Assembly (NCBI RefSeq): GCF_963921235.1
Contig: NC_086108.1
Location: 99,698,001-99,762,000, forward strand
Length of the DNA stretch: 64,000 nucleotides
Direction: 5' to 3'
Source: Mobula hypostoma
Lineage: Eukaryota
The translations under genes were made by a program, and so were the position numbers. Below, piece by piece: positions 63,070 through 64,000 of this stretch. The notes under the pieces were generated by a model, which had not been told where the DNA came from, did no database searches, and was given only the letters and a program-made list of their open reading frames with translations. Numbering within the stretch: position 1 is the stretch's first letter; each line of letters opens with the position of its first letter.

Positions 63070-63375
63070 ATTAGCTTTATTTGGCAAATTTCCATTGAAA
63101 CATAAAGAGAAATCCATTGTTTGTATTAAAGGCCAAACCAGTCCAAGATGTGCTGGGGGTGGCCCTCGAGTTCCACCATACTTCTGGTGCCAACATAGCA
63201 TACCTACAACTCACTAATTCTAACTTGTACAACTCTGGAATATGAAAAGAAACAAGAGCACCCATAGAAAAAGCACAAGATCATGGGGAGAGTGTACAAC
63301 CTCCTTTCAGACAGTGATGGGAACTGATTCCCAAGCTTTGGCGCTGTAAAAGCATTACGATGACTGGTGCACTAC
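63070..63375 (-). mobile_element. V-type SINE, degenerate
   Basis: Reverse complement of the 20422-20910 family, including the AAATAAAGCTAATCT tail. Confidence 0.7.
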
Positions 63376-64000
63376 TCTGCTGCCCCAGGTCAGGCTGTAG
63401 GAGCTAGTGCAGATGTTTGAGTCCATTCTGCCATTAAAAATGATCACGTTTGGTTTGATATTAGCCTCAACTTTTCTTTCCTGTCTGTTGACTTTTAAAT
63501 TCCCTAAAATTAAAAAAAAGTCTGAAGTTATTCAATGATTCAACCATAAAATAGAAAATTCTAAATATTCATGATGTTCTGGAACAAAAATTTCTTCTTC
63601 ATTCCATCTCAAGTGAAAAAGTTCAAGTTCAAATTCAGTATCATTCAGCCATACACATGTTTACCACAAAATGAAACGATGATTCTCCAGACCAAGGTGC
63701 AGAACACAGTACATATAACTCACACACAACACTTAAAGTAATATTACTGCAAATAAATTAACAAATAATAAAGTGTATTTGTGACAGAAGTAAAATTGTA
63801 AAGAGTACATCCTATTGGTGCTTCATACGTGATGAGACCTGGGTAGTGGCAGGGAGTTCAGTAGTCTTACAGCCTAGGGGAAGAAGCTGTTTCCCATCCT
63901 AACAGTCCTTGTCCTAATGCTGTGGTACCTCCAGTCTGATGGTGGGGGGGGGGGGGTCAAAGAAGTTGTGGGACGGATAGTAGGGATCACCCACAATAGT

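Overview
Vertebrate, almost entirely transposon-derived DNA. The mix of CR1 LINEs, V-type SINEs, Rex1-like LINEs and one very abundant Penelope-like family suggests a cartilaginous fish, probably a ray; this is inference only. No host protein-coding gene can be identified, only two weak exon candidates. Main contents: (1) a full-length but mutated Gypsy LTR retrotransposon of CsRn1 type (5712-10076, minus strand) with 287-bp LTRs, GTAT TSD, tRNA-Trp PBS and a -1 frameshift signal; (2) a near-full-length CR1 with esterase ORF1 in a four-element nest; (3) more than a dozen Penelope-like (GIY-YIG) fragments whose terminal repeat folds into a minimal type-I hammerhead ribozyme, several with 12-15 bp TSDs, plus two palindromic mini-derivatives and one minisatellite derived from the same terminus; (4) a Chapaev3-like and a Tc1-like DNA transposon remnant, three 80-bp hAT MITEs, two solo LTRs, RTE, Rex1 and I/Nimb LINE fragments, SINEs and non-autonomous retroelements. 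Family names come from recognised motifs, not database searches. Coordinates of old fragments are approximate; TSD and LTR coordinates were counted from the sequence.
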